NCBI GenBank assembly: GCA_009103225.1
Contig: RHPI01002990.1
Location: 700,767-764,766, forward strand
Length of the DNA: 64,000 bases
Origin: Chlorokybus atmophyticus
Taxonomy: Eukaryota; Plantae; Mesostigma and Chlorokybus algae
Reading direction: 5' to 3'
In this document: piece by piece, positions 49,206-63,300 of the stretch
Numbering within the stretch: the first letter of the stretch is position 1
How the letters are laid out: each line of letters begins with the position of its first letter
The notes under the pieces: generated by a model
The model's database searches: none
Told to the model about the DNA's origin: nothing
Seen by the model: only the letters and a program-made list of their open reading frames with translations
Position numbers and translations under genes: made by a program

Positions 49206-52200
49206 GCACACCTTCGGTGCCATCGGACCGGCAGCCCCATAACATACGCCGCCACGCCACTAATAAGATACGTTGCACTTGAGGCCTGGCGCGCAAGCCT
49301 CGAAACAAGGCTCGGCGGGACAGCTTTCCTGTCATTGACACTATCAACACCGTTCGTACTGTTCACGCTGCTGGTGCTGACTGCACTATCGCCCCTTAAC
49401 AAGGGCCGGCTGGGCTCTGTGGATGAAGTTGATGTAGAAGCGATATCCGCAAGCATCCTTCCTTGTGAAGACCCTCCTCCTGAAGGCCGACGGCCGATAT
49501 TCTCCGCAGCCTCACCTGCGAGAGCCTTTGCGCGCAGCTTGTGTACCGACATGACGGACAGGCGCGAAACGATGTCGTCGTTGTACGCAACACTGCAGTC
49601 ATGTGTAATCATCAGGCCAAAGTTCAACACATGAAACGGGGGGCCACGTGCACATGCACATATACACGCACACGATCACGTATAAGCATGTGTGTGCGTG
49701 TGTATGCAAATCTCACCTGGTTATGAATGGGGCGCATGCGGCTGCTGTCTCAGCGTCCAGCACAGGCACGGGGTTGAAGCCGTACGCCTTTATGTAAGGA
49801 AACCGCTGCCGAAGCTGCGTAGCGCTTCCAATCAACACACGCAAACACGCTAGCAAACACATTATCACACACAGGTTTTCCCAACATACTGTGCAACCGG
49901 CCGTCACGTGCAAGCAAGCTACACACACCCGGATGGCGAGAAGAGAGGCCACAGCGGAGCCCAAACTGTGCCCAACCAGGTAGAGCCTGAACCCCTCACA
50001 GCGTCCCTGCGGCCCCAACAACTGCGAAAGGTAGCCCCTCCCAGTGTCCTGCCACACACCACATCACATCAACTCTAGATAGAATCCCATGAACTTCACC
50101 ACCAACGTGCGCACACTTATACCCATACACACGCATGCACGCACGCGCGCGCACCAACAATGCTCTCGCATATACACACACGTATACACGCCGCTCACAT
50201 TGATCCCATCTCCATCCAGCTGTGCCGCCAGCTCCCTCGTGAGCTTCACGACACCCGCATGTGCATAGTACTCCTCGCCTCGCCCTTTACTACTGTCACC
50301 AACATCATCTCCATGAATACCAGCGAGGTCGTCCGCGCGGAGAGGACTCTCCGTCGCCAACGCATCGCTTAAACAGTCCTCGATACTGCCCGTCCCGCGG
50401 ATGCTCACCACCACCGCGCGCGCGGCGGGGAGACCGCACACAAAGTACACAGCTTCTCCGCGCGGCTGAAACAACATTTGATGTGAACGTTGGAAGAAGA
50501 AGAGTGTAACATGTTGTCAATGCGAAGCCACGCTTACCTGTGCGACGCGGGCTTTGAGGAGCGCTGTGCCGGGGATGCCCGCATGCGTGAGGAAGGCTGC
50601 CGCGTGTCCTCGCCACGAGTTGTCACCTTCCAATTTCGGCCGCCTGTACAAGCAAACAAAGCCGCTGTTAGTTGCATTGATGGTGGTGTGATAATTATCA
50701 TCGACATCATCATCGACAACAGCACGTGAAAAAGGAATGGCAACTGGCCAACAACAGTTCATCGTACGTAGCAACCCGCCACGGTGCCCACACTTGCTGG
50801 CGATGCATCCACGCAGGTATGAAGCAAAGGGGGTATCTTCCAACATCCGTGAGGGGTCCCTGCAAACATGCAAAGAACATGACCACCATACGTACACCAA
50901 CTTCGCACGTGCGTGCCAAAGCAAGGCCACACTTACGGTGTAAGCGGCGTTGGCGAAGCGGCACAGCGCCGCGGCCTCGCGAATGTCTGCTCGCGGGGGT
51001 GTGGGTGGCGTGGACTCGCGCATGTTGGCCAATGCCAGACGGCGGGACCGAGCGCTCGCACCGAGCTGGTGCAACCGAGCCACGCCTGTCATTGAAGCCT
51101 GTTACCATGACCGCACACGCAAGCTATCTGTGTACTAACAACATTATGTTGGTTTATACCTGTTAGAAGGTCGACGGGCTGCTCTGTGGACTGTGCGGCC
51201 ATGAAGTCCGCGAGCATCGCAGCGATGTCGTGTACTTCATCTCTAACATCCCCGCCTCTACATGGCCATATGCACATAAACACCAGAGCACAAATACACA
51301 CGCGCGAACATGCAATCGTCAACGCTTTGCGCGCCCACACACACGCACGCATTAGCACCTGCATGCATGCGTGCGCGCATGCAATTCTACACGCTTGCGT
51401 GCCCACACACGCACACACATACGCATCAGCACGTGCGTGCGTGCGTGCGTGCGCATGCAAGTGTGCAAATGTAAATGCTTGCGCGCCCACACACACGCCC
51501 ACACATGCGCGTTTGCTCGTGCATGCGCGCGCACGAGCAAATGCGCACACACAACTGCAACGCTTGCGCGTGCGCGAGCACCAACACACATGCGCATCGG
51601 CGCACGCGCGCACACGCGCATGAGACAGCAAGAGCATCTGCGTGCATGCATGCACGCACGCACGCCCACGCATGCACAAGCACACACTCTCACTCTCACA
51701 GACGCGCACAACAACACCAACCAACTTTCCTCCTCGTGCTCACCCTCCTCCCCACACCCCAATGCCGATGAGCAAGAACCTCGGCCGTCCCAGCACGAAC
51801 AGCAGCTCCCTGAGCTCGGCATCCCACGTCCATCGGTAGTGCGCGCGCCAGGCGTCCACGGGGTTGATGTTGTTGTGGCTGTTGTTGGGTCGGGACGACG
51901 ACGACAATGTCGACAGAAGCGCACGCCACGACAGAACGCGCGAGCCGCCGGCAGCGCGAACCACACGCAGCGCCCACGCCAACGCCGTGAAGGTTAAGAA
52001 GATGGACTTGAGATGGGAGGAAGTAGACAAGCCTTTATGAAAATACCGTGTAAGAAAGGTGACAACAGATCTGAGGTATGTGTTTGCGTGCGTGTGGACC
52101 AAACGTGTGCATATGCCTATGTCAAGGGTGCACGTGCCTGCATGTGCACATGTACAGTTGCAAGTATGTGTACGAAGTAAGTGTACGTCTGGTATGTGCA

Positions 52201-54011
52201 TGTGCCTATGTATGCGCTCAGTTAGACACATGTGGTGTCAGCACATAACAACAGTTGTGCAGGTGTGTAGATGAGTGGACACAGCATCTGTGGTTGTGTA
52301 CCGCATGGGGAGAAAGTTGAGGAGAGGGTGCGCACGAGGAGAAGGGTGACTGCAATGTCGGAGGTGCCTTCAAGCATCCATACAAGGCGGCCGGTCCAAA
52401 CCCACCCACGCACACGCCGGTATGCCGCCTGTGTTATGTTGCGCTGTATTGAAGACATAACCCTACGACTGTTGCAGACTGCAGTCACATACGCAGGCCT
52501 CACTACCACAAGCATGCCGGCGCAAGAGCATATTAACACCAAACCTGATGCTTTGCAATGCTATTGCATGATGGTGGCGTCGTTGCAATGGCAACAAATG
52601 GTACTACTGTGCTAACAAATGTTGTACACAGGCATGTACGCGCGCATCAAAGTTCACAAAGTAAGCAGACATGGGCACGCGCGGGAGCACATGTGCACAT
52701 GCACGCGTGCACCCGAACACACCCACACACACGCAATCGCGCGTGCACACACACGCGCAAACATCCCTTACCCTGCCCTCCTGCTGAGAGCCTGCCACAG
52801 CTGGGTCAGCCGCTTTGAGGCTCTCCTTCGCAGCCGCCGCCTGTTCAAGAAGTAGTAGTAGATGTGCATGTGCTTTATACCAACAGCTCCTTGACTACAC
52901 ACACTACACACACACAAGACACACAACAACCACTCGTACTTGCGAGCACCCCGAGCCGAGCATCCATGCCAGCCGCAGCGCGCTGACAGCTGTCACAGTG
53001 GCTGCGGCAGCCACGAGCGGCGAGGAGCGCAGACACGTCAACACGGAGGAGGTAGATGTTGATGATGAGGTGGACACCGCCACAACACCCACTGCCAGGA
53101 GGCCAACCTGAATCCTCTTCAAGTGAGCAATGCATGAATGTATGCATGGTACATGGGTGACTGATGTTGCAAAGTATTGTGCCATGTGGTAGTCTGTCTA
53201 TGCAACTAACTGTTCACACAGACAAGCTGAACTGACAGTGCTTGCATGTGTTGCTCGCTGACGGACAAAATGAGGAACAAGGTCACAAACATACCTGTGA
53301 CCATCTTATGTTCAAATCTCTGCTGGCTTCATTGCTTTCATGCGTGCGTGCTTGCAAACCAATATGCAGCTGACTAATGTTGTGACGTTGTGAAAAGCAA
53401 CCCAGTGTTTCCGTAAGTTATACGTCAGGTCGGACTAAACAGGTAAGATAGAAGTAGGACTTGTCTCCCAGGCCTTTGTTGCCACCGCATCAATGTGCTT
53501 TTAACGCAATCTTCAAGTTGTTCATGGCATACAAGTACAGCAGCAACTGCATGCACACATGTCGCTTGCTTAAACACTTAATGCTTCTTTCACTGACACA
53601 CTTGCTGCTTGTCAACTGAAGAATGGCTTGTATGGCTTGTATTGGCTCTGAATTGGCTTTGAACTGGCTTTGACACTGAAGTAGAGAGGTCACTGTCGCT
53701 GTCGCTGTTGGCATTGACAGCAACGATGACACACACGACGACAACGACATTGACAAAGAAGCAGCTACAGCGATGAAGACGAACGCAACAGCGACGACGC
53801 CCACTTGGCCGATGGTGAGGGCAACGGCGACGCCTCTAACAGCGAACACCCCATGTCCCAGGTTCATCCTGCCTGCCGCCGCCGCCAGTGGGGGCGGCGG
53901 CGGCGGCGCGGATTGCTTCAGATCGTCGTGCTCTGCCACATCAATGACCACGCTGGCGACGCCACCACCGCCGGCGCCACCGACACCGCCGCTACCGCCG
54001 CCCCGGCGCAT
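48189..54011 (-). CDS. Class 3 lipase, sn1-diacylglycerol lipase-like, with N-terminal TM helices (multi-exon)
   Basis: VVVSIRGTGSIEDCLSDAL, YAHAGVVK, YLVGHSLGSAVASLLAI (Ser), YNDDIVSRLS (Asp), PPLYLPG and MFLDHMPW (His). N-terminal hydrophobic exons; the start position is approximate. Confidence 0.82.
49140..49205. repeat. (CA)n microsatellite in a lipase intron
   Basis: cacacacacacacacacacacacacacacac tract. Confidence 0.9.
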
Positions 54012-54957
54012 GCCGCCATCACACCGCCTCAAGCAGTGCGCACCAATGCGTCTGACGACAGTACACTATCACTGCTACTAGCACTGGTACTCTGCAAGCT
54101 GTGGTGTTGATGGGTGTGATTGTTGTTGGAAGTGATGTGTGACCTAGTGCAGTTGCTGCTGCTTCGTTTGTTGCGTCTGATGCGGCAGAGCTGCAGCCAG
54201 GTTGCTGTTGTCGAACCCTGTGACCAGATGTAAGCAGCATGGCCAAGCAGCTTAGCGCTTGTGTACAGGATGCGAGGTGCCATAGTCACGTGCATGCATG
54301 TCTAACAGGGAAGGCTATTTGGTGTAGAGTAGCGCAGTAATATAGCCCGGTGGTAACAACGGTGACATGTATACTAGTGTGAGTGAAATGCTTGAGTGAT
54401 ATGCATAACAGCACGTCATATATATTCTGTACACAAGAACTCACCCACATTGCATAATAGCTTCACAGCATACACCACCACCGGGCTCACATCAACTTCT
54501 ACCGCTACTGACCTCCCTGTGCCGCTTTTGCTTAGTGCCACAGTGGCTGCCACTGCTATGTGTAGCTGCTGCGCACCACGAATTTTAACGTTATATATAT
54601 AAACCAGGTGAGTGCACTGGTCGGTCGCAATACTGGCGTAGCAAACTGCAATAGCATTCACCACAAGTCGTGCACGGAGGCACATTCAATCTGTAACACT
54701 CGGTGTGCGTGAACAACTGTGCACTTGCAGTGCAGCCAGCGCAACTGCTTGCCAGGTTTCGCATCATGGTATGAGGGCAGGCATATCCTGATTCAAATGC
54801 AACACAGCAGGGTGGCCTAGTTGCCAGCTTCACCCACAAACACAACTCCTGTTGAGCAAGAAATATATACTAACTTAAGGACTACAACAATGCTAAAGAA
54901 GCCTCGCACGCACAATGGACTGAGAATTGATATGAAGCCGCATGCTGTAGAGTAGTC

Positions 54958-56103
54958 TCAAACTGCCTTCGCCTTGTCGGCGTGCTTGTTGAGGAGCTCG
55001 CGCACTTGATCGTTGGCGGCACGGTCGAGGGCGGTCTTGCCCTCTGTGTCCTTGACGCTGGCGTCGGCGCCGGCGTTGAGCAGCTCTTCAATCTTTGGGA
55101 GGTCGCCCTCAGAGCTTGACATGAGAAGCAGCAAGTCCACTGGGTGTATACCCGTGCTCAGCAACGCCTCCAGCTTGTCGTATGTGCCCTCCGTCGCCAG
55201 CATGCCCATGTAGTTGAAATACTGCCGTACGCAGCGTGTCAGTCACACACTCACGCATGTACGCACGCATCCACATGCACACTTGCACCCACACTCACAT
55301 GTGCACACCTACAAGCACACTCCCACAAGCATGCGCACGCAGAAGCCCTGAGCTAAGGATTACTGAACCAAGCAATGCTGAGCACCAACCATATTTGGTG
55401 TAAACAGCAAGCCAAACACATGCATGTCTACAACTACCGCGCGCATAGCCTGTACAATGCACATTGGAATCTCATCAATCCTATACAAAAGTGGCTACAT
55501 TGTAAAAAGGCGAGTGTATTGTGCACGCATGCCCTTAGCACTGGCTACTTTTCTTGATCTCTCAAACCAACTACAGCCAACTGCACATCAACAACAGTAG
55601 CAATGCTAGATATGCTCAACAGCAGCAGCATGCACACGCTTTACTGGCTTCAGCCGCGGACATGCAATAGCGATCTCTCGTAGAGCCGACGTCGAGCATG
55701 CAAGCGTTTACAAAAGGTTATTCCCAGGACAGCAACTTTTGCCATCTTGCCAGCAAGCAGCAATGCACAAGGCACGCAGCAGCCAGGCAGACTGCCTTCT
55801 TAGTGCTGTTGTATGAAGTGCATGTGCATAGCTGTGACTGTCGTCATCATGAAGAAAGCTTACATGCTCGACGTCGTCTTTGTCAAACTCATCTCTTGTC
55901 TGCGAGCCGTAAATGCCAGAAGACTGCGAGTCTTGCCGCAGCTTGTTGAGGTTAAACCAGCAGGTCACTCTGCTGCCGTTGCTCACGGCACCCTTGCTGC
56001 GCAGCGCCGCGGTCAGCGAGGGCTTCCTTGCTGACGAAGACAACGCCGGCTTTCTCCTCAAGCTCTGCACAGAGCTGCAAGACGCCACCGCCGCCATCGC
56101 CAT
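54958..56103 (-). CDS. LTD: LHCP translocation defect protein (LTD/GDC1), chloroplast ankyrin protein, two exons (55864-56103, 54958-55221)
   Basis: Transit peptide, then GIYGSQTRDEFDKDDVEH|YFNYMGMLATEGTYDKLEALLSTGIHPVDLLLLMSSSEGDLPKIEELLNAGADASVKD. The phase-0 GT-AG intron joins exons of 240 and 264 nt. Confidence 0.93.
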
Positions 56104-56874
56104 TGCCGCCCACGCCGCCGCCTACACCGACAATGGCCAGAAGCATGCCATACACCTCCCCTTATCCACTGACATTTTGCCAATCGTGTGCTTCTCCAAA
56201 TGTCGGCGGATGCACTTGGCATCAGCAGAGGAACGTGCCTTGAAGGCACGTTCCTCTGCTAACGCCACTGTCATCATTAATCGCAGTGGCCATAATGCAC
56301 TGACGCTTTCGCCGAGCGGGTAGAGCTGAATTGTCAGCGAGTCCGCAGATATTAGAGAGAACGACAGAGCGTGCGGCGGCGGCGGTGAGCTTGGAGGTGT
56401 TGGAGGTGTTGCTGTCGGTCGGAAGGCGCTTGCCACAATGCGTGTGCTTTGCGCTGGTTGAGTTGCATTGCTGCTCAATCGCGTAAGTTGAGAGCCTCAG
56501 CTTGACTGCGTTGATGGGTTGTCGCTGTGCGCCTGGCTGGCAGCTCGGCAATTGCTGGCTGACGGCAGTATGATGCAATGCACGTATGCTTGCTAGCTCA
56601 GTCGCACGAGAGAGTTGTTATCTGGAGCTGCAGTCTATCAAATCGCTGGTTGACAGCGCATAGCGGACGACCATAATGTTTGCATGTCGTGACACTGTGT
56701 CACGATGCATGCGGCTGCTCGTAACCATAGGGTTTTTCTCCCCATGTTACAGGTGTTGGCCATCAGGTTGAACTTGCCTGTCCATCAGCCTGCAATGGCA
56801 CATAGCCAGCTGTGCTAGATTGTGACAACCAGCTGCAGAAGAGGCAGCCGAAGAGCCTGTTTAGCCCAGCCTCA

Positions 56875-58741
56875 ATGGCTTCGATGATGCCAGCAGAGCT
56901 GGCGTTGAGCATTAATCCAGCGGGATCAGAAGCTCGCATACGACGACGCTCAGACGAGGCAGAGATTCAGGTAAAGCTTGGTCAAGTTTATTGTGTGATG
57001 ACTGCGATGTTCAGTCTGCTTTGGTGCGTGCATGCAAAGGTCCACTTTTTGTAGGTCGAGTCCATAGCTTCGCCAGCTGTTCCGCCACCCATCGAACGCA
57101 CCGAATCTTGGCAGCTTCGCCATGAGGGTTGGACGCGCACAACAGAGGAACAACTGCAGGTGTGTATCAGTCAGTGCAGCTGCAACTTGAACAACCCTTC
57201 CATAAGTTCACTACTTGCCAGAGTTGCTCACAATTTGTGGTTTGCATGATTGTGGACACATGGCCACGTGCTCGACCGGAAGTAATCATCAAGTGGGTGT
57301 GATTTCTTACAGGGCCTGAGGCAAAGGGCAGGCAGGGGTGGGAATAGACTTGAAAAGTACTATAGGAGACAAAACTCGCTGCTCGATCAATTTGAAGAGG
57401 TTGAGGCATTGCTTGCAGCTCCAGAAGCCGAGAGAGGGGTAAGTCCTTGATGTCATCTTCACTGGAGGAAAGCATCGCAAGCTTCTGCCCACAGTTGCGG
57501 CACAGAACTCAGGGAGAGTAGTACAACAACAAAGAGGGCTGTTGGTTTGTGCTTGTGGCAGGCTTCTCGGCAAAAGAAGAATGTCCCAAGGGCAGTTTTT
57601 CTCTCCAACGCATCAAATGTGGTGCTTTTGTTGTTGAAAATATACATCGCCATTTTCAGCAAGTCGCTCTCTATTGTGGCATCCACGCTGGACTCCATTC
57701 TCGACCTGTTATCCGGTCTTCTGCTGTGGTATACCCGCAGGCAGATGCTTGCGGAGGACATGTACACATACCCCATTGGCAAAAAGCGCGTGCAGGTGAG
57801 TGTGTTCAGTTACAGTGATATATCATTGTATGCTTATGCGCTTGTGTGAGGACTGGTTTCTGGTCAGCCTTGTTGCAATTCACTCATGCAACGATGTTTC
57901 CCTTTGGCAGCCGTTGGGCATCATCGTCTTCGCCTCGATCATGGGCACGGTGGGCTTTACCATTCTCGTGGAAGCAGTCCGACAGCTGATTGGGGGCAAC
58001 CCTGGGAAGCTTCATGCGTTCTATTGGGTTGTTGGCGTGATGAGCATCAACATAGTGCTGAAGCTGGCCCTGTACATCTACTGCAAAGCATTTGCTGACA
58101 AGATTGTCAGAGCTTATGCACAAGACCACCTTAACGATGTAATGGTCAACTCCATTGGTCTTGCAGGTGAGTTTTGTGTGGCCTTTCTTCAAATACTTGA
58201 GAGCACAGCTGTTTGTGCTCAGCCCATGGTTGTACATACCACGTACACCTCAGGCTGTTTATGCAGTGCTTGCACATGTGTGTGTGTTTCTGCTCAAGCC
58301 ACGTCATGCATGCTTACATGTAAAAGTGCAACAGGTGCTTTGCTTGGTGACAAGGTGTGGTGGCTTGACCCCGCCGCCGCCATCTTGCTGTCCATCTGGA
58401 TCATCGTGAACTGGGCCGGCGTCGCTCGTGAGAACGCGATGACGCTTGTCGGGCGTGCTCCCCCGCCTGAGTTTTACCAGAAGCTCATCTACATCTGCTG
58501 GAACCACGACAAGGAGGTGCTCTACATCGACACGGTACGCCCGTACACGTTTGGGGATTCGTACTTTGTCGAGGTGGACATTGTCCTTCCCGCGGAGATG
58601 CCTCTCTCCCAGGCCCACGATATCGGGGAGGCTCTGCAGAACAAGCTGGAGAGCCTGGAGGAGATTGAACGGGCATTCGTGCATCTGGATTACGAGTCCG
58701 TGCATCGCCCGGAGCATGCTCAGCATCCGCATGCCTCATGA
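56875..58741 (+). CDS. Metal tolerance protein, Mn-CDF (MTP9/10/11-like) (multi-exon)
   Basis: SNASNVVLLLLKIYIAIFSKSLSIVASTLDSILDLLSG (DxxxD), YPIGKKRVQPLGIIVFASIMG, AYAQDHLNDV (DxxxD), IDTVRPYTFGDSYFVEVDIVLP and HDIGEALQNKLESLEEIERAFVHLDYE. Confidence 0.93.
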
Positions 58742-58882
58742 TAGCACTGCGGTGTTCATGCGGCTTGCTTTGCAACACCGCACGAGACAAGCTTTGTGTC
58801 TGAAGCACCATAGTGAGTCTGTTGCAGTACTTGTTAGGGTAGCATTGCAGCAGCAATATGTCAACATCTTGACGTCACATGG

Positions 58883-59139
58883 AATCCGCCTGCTCCGTCG
58901 CTGGTACACGTTGCCGTGTACGAGCGACGGAGCAGGCGGATTAGCACGTGTAAGTACAGTTACTTTTCTGTATACTATCTAGGACTCGAGTGCTTGCTTA
59001 GTCCGAGTAAAAGTATTCCGTCGCTTGTACACATTGCCGTGTACAAGCGATGGAGCAGGCGGATTAGCACGTGTAAGTACAGTTACTTTTCTGTATACTA
59101 TCTAGGACTTGAGTGCTTGCTTAGTCTGAGTAAAAGTAC
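58883..59139. repeat. GC-rich hairpin (20 bp perfect stem) inside a two-copy ~123 bp tandem duplication
   Basis: aatccgcctgctccgtcgct...agcgacggagcaggcggatt spans 58883-58942. The repeat units are 58894-59016 and 59017-59139. Confidence 0.85.
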
Positions 59140-60360
59140 CGCAGGAGTACCTTATTGTCGGTTTACCGAGTTTGTGCACTTGTTGTGTTATCCGGTTGCT
59201 GCATGACAGTTTATTGTGAGTTTATCGTGAATAGAGTTTATCGTGAGCAACTTGTCTGCTTTGAGCGCAAAGCTGCAACCTACATTATTCTGGACTGCTG
59301 CGGAGGTTGTCGCGCTGCGGATATCTAGTGACCTCATACTCTCAACACCAGGGATAGAGTGCATCATATCATCCAAAGGGTTCTGCTTATGTCAGGAAGT
59401 CCTACGAACCAACTTACAGTTTTTGCGCCATTACATCTGCTCAACGTCATTATTACCGAGAGCTTAGTGGACAATAACGTCACACGCATTGAGCTACTTG
59501 GAGGGTGCACACATTTGGAAACGTCAACTACGCTTTCTCTATCTGTCTCTGTACCCTCTATTACAGGACACAAACAAGTGTTCTACAAGTATTTCGCTGC
59601 CACCATGCCTACATATACCACGCACACGCATCTGTCTCTGTCCTTGGCCTACTCACTGGTTGCATTCAGATTACCAGCGCTTCAAGTATCGTGCCAGCAA
59701 GTCCTATCCCTCCAGCAGCACTGGTAGACTGATGGGTAGTGGATGGTGAATGCAAACAACGCCTTGCGCTCATGTTTCAACGCTGACTGTGCTTTGAAGT
59801 GCATGTTGTGCAATGCGACTGGCAATACAGCTGCGCATGGTATGCACGCACCGAGCCTGTTGCAATTGATACCAAAGAGCAAAAACCAGTCATATCAACT
59901 AGACTGTGCTGTTGATGCCAATGGATGTCTGCTTGCCGCAGAATCAAGCTACACTGTACACAAAGCACAGTTCGCAAAATTGGCAACACGAGTCGTCATC
60001 GATAGCAAAATGACGCATGGTTGGCAAAGGTAGAGCCCAAACAACGGACGTTGCAGTTGATGATGCTTTTGCAACTACGACCAAAACACACGTAAGCTGG
60101 AGCAGCACGCCTCTGCCACCACCTGCGCAACTGTTCTGCACAAGTCAGCAGCCTCAACTGCATGTGAAGCTAGGTTGTGTAAATAAGCGATATTGAGTGA
60201 TAACAATACATTCGGTAACACTGCCAAGCAGCCGTGAACAGAGTTTGCACTAGTGTGTGGCTGCCTGGTGTTGAAGTCAATGGCGCATAAACAGTGGCAA
60301 CAAGTGCTGTCAAGACTGATATACCATTGGAGCAGCGTTCGCTCATGTGGCCGACACCCC

Positions 60361-63300
60361 TCAGCTTGTGAGAAGACTTGGCAGGGTGCCAGACTTCTGC
60401 CCAAGGATACGCGCCCCAGGCCAGTCAGGAATGTCCTCACAACCTGGCAAGGCTTCAACCGAACCGTCTTGGCCGACAGTTACAGGGAATGGCACCAAGT
60501 GGCCCCGCATGTCCGACGGCTCGTCTGTGTGCACAACAATCAGCTCGCCTGGCTTGCATGCGCTTGCATTGCAACAGGTGCGAGATGCATGAGAAGAACA
60601 CACGCTTACCTGCCATGAACACCTGCCAGTTCTCTTGAGCAATCTCGTTCACGCGGTGCACGCAATCGACCTCGTGCGGCTGCAAGAAGACCTCCTCCAG
60701 AGTACCCGTATGCTCATGCCAGCACTCCATGCGCAGCCCATGCACCTATGCAATACACACTTATAAATGTAACGCTTGCTAGGTCACATGCTGCTGTTAG
60801 CATGCTTGGTTGTTTTTCATAATGTTCTTGTTGGCAACAGCTGCTGTGACAGCACTTACCTGTGCGCGGGGAAGACCGCCGCGACGTGACTTGACAGTGT
60901 GCGCCGGTTGGAAGGCGCCGACAGCGATTTCCGTGTCGCGCGCACCATCCATTGAACGCTGGTTGATGTTTGCACTGCCCACTATGATGTACTCATCATC
61001 CACTAGCATCATCTGCGGTGCATTCGTCAGGGTCAGCTCCGCCAACGGAGATGACAACTTACTTAACAACCACTTGCTGGCAGTCTGCAACTGCAGGTAA
61101 ATGCCACAGTGCTCCCTGGCATTGCCTTAGGTAGTTCTGCATAAAAGATAAGGCCTTAGGCCACAAGACTTGTAGCCAAAGTTACCTTTGCGTGTACCTG
61201 CAACAGAACACAGCGTAAGCACTTCAACTGACCATATTATCTGGTAAAACTGTGCAACAAGGTCAAACTTGTTGCAAACAGTAAAGTACTCAACGCAACG
61301 ACTGCATGCAACAAGCAGGGCACTCACATATATCATGAAGCGGCCATTCTTCTGCGCCAGATACTGATGCTCGCCGCCGGGCAGATCATCTGCACTCGGC
61401 ACGTCGCCAGAAACGGCAGCGCGGTTGACAACCGTGTAAAAGTTGAGATAATCTTGCGGGTGCGCATCACTGCCTGTCTCTGCAAGCGCCTGGGAAGCAC
61501 AACAACGAGGGTCTCACACGTGGGAAATACAACCGTGAACATCGTATATGGACCAGGTAGGCATCGTTAGTGAGTATGATGAAGATATCAGCATATACCT
61601 CTGCTATGATTCTGTACATCATGCGCATGGTGTTGCCTTGATAGTGGAGAATCTCCTGCACTGCTCCGCTGTCGGGCACGCCCTCCGGGTAGAGAGGAGT
61701 GATGATATAAGCGGCAAAGCGCTCGCCATTGCGGATCTTGCTTGCAATCTTGAGCGCCAGTTCCACAGGAACCAGATGGTAGCAGCCAGTATCGGTGTCT
61801 TGTGACCATGCTTGACAACTCCCAAGGAAGTACTGCAGCGCACACATGGTGAGGTGTGTGAATGGTTCACAAGTCCCACTTGCATGAGCGCACTACTGCA
61901 CGCGTGCCCACACCTGGTTCTCAATGTACACGAAGTGCTGCGCGCGTCTGATGGCGTGGATGTAAGCGTTCTGTATGGAGTGATCCACGCTGACGCCCTT
62001 GTACTCAGAAAGACTGTACTTCAAGGCCTCCGCACCAGTGGGAAGATCTGCGGAGCTGCGAGTCCATGCATATTCAGAAGAGTGACAACGTGCACCCAAG
62101 GAGGGGAACGACACAATTAGGTCAGCAGACTTGAGCGTGTCATACTTGGAGTCGATGGATCGAAACAAGTGCGCACGCCAGTTCTCGGGGTCATCATCAC
62201 TTGTGGCAAACGTGTCAGGGTCTCCAAAGTTGTCGTTTTGCTGCCCCGTGATGAGGTCAGGCACTTGCTCAGGAGGCAAGAACTTGTCTCTGATATCCTC
62301 AGGAGCTTGCCTCATCCACCTCTGCGGTGTGGAAGGAGAGGTCATGTCACGCATGCAAGAGCGGGCAAAGCACCTCAATGGACCGCTGTCTAGAAATCTC
62401 ACCTGCTCAAAATTCTTCAAGACATCAAAAGCAACAGGACCCTCCAGCTTGGAGTGGATGTCGTGCCACGGCTCACGTGGTGCTCCACTATCAACCGTGG
62501 CGCCGGTGATGCAAGGCTGATAGTAGGGCAAACGTACAAGGTCTGAGCCTTTCCCAACAAGCATAGAGTTCAACAGCACTTTACCATGAGGTCTACCTGA
62601 TGGAAGTCGTCACTGTATACCCAGTTTGACGCGCTAAACTCGAACAACGGGTGCGAGCTCGAGTCGTATCTGCCGTCGCACAGATCGAGGCCACCTGTAA
62701 CAGCATCATGAACCACTCATGATGCTGCTGCCACAGATGGACAAGCATAACTTGGCATGACTCTCACCAACAAAAGCTACCAAGCGCTTCCTCCCGTCCT
62801 CGGCTGGGTTGTCTGCCATGATAGTTTTTTGATGCTGCAGTAGGGGAGAAAATTTCAGTGTGCAAGCCGGTAGTTGTGCACAGCATACATAGCAGTTAAA
62901 AAGGACATAAGGCAGTCAAGGTAAGCATACATGTGAAAACAGGAAGCCTGTTGTTTCCGCCTGAGCAAAGTTGTCATCCGGCCCGAGGCGAGAGACCAGA
63001 ACGCACTGCAAACGCACACAGTCACACAGGCTCACATGCTGGGCACGTGTCGCATAGCGTCGACATGTACACTGAAACTGCGACACTCGCCAGTTGGTGC
63101 TGAGTGAAACAGCTGCACTCACCTCAACGCTGGAATCCTCAAAATACTTATCCGTTTGTTGGTCGTGCGTGGCCATCAGACCACCAGAATGCACAATGGG
63201 GTTTGACGTTTTGTCATCCCAAACCTGAGCCACACTGCGTGATGAGCAAAGTGTACCCCACGACAGCTGTTGCAGGTGTTGCATGTATGCTTTTTGCTCA

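Noticed and set aside
51089-51997. ~200-aa ORFs rich in C/A/R/H/V
   Set aside because: They are translations of low-complexity intron repeats in the lipase gene.
59243-60033. Short overlapping ORFs between MTP and PLD
   Set aside because: No recognisable motifs or consistent splice pattern.
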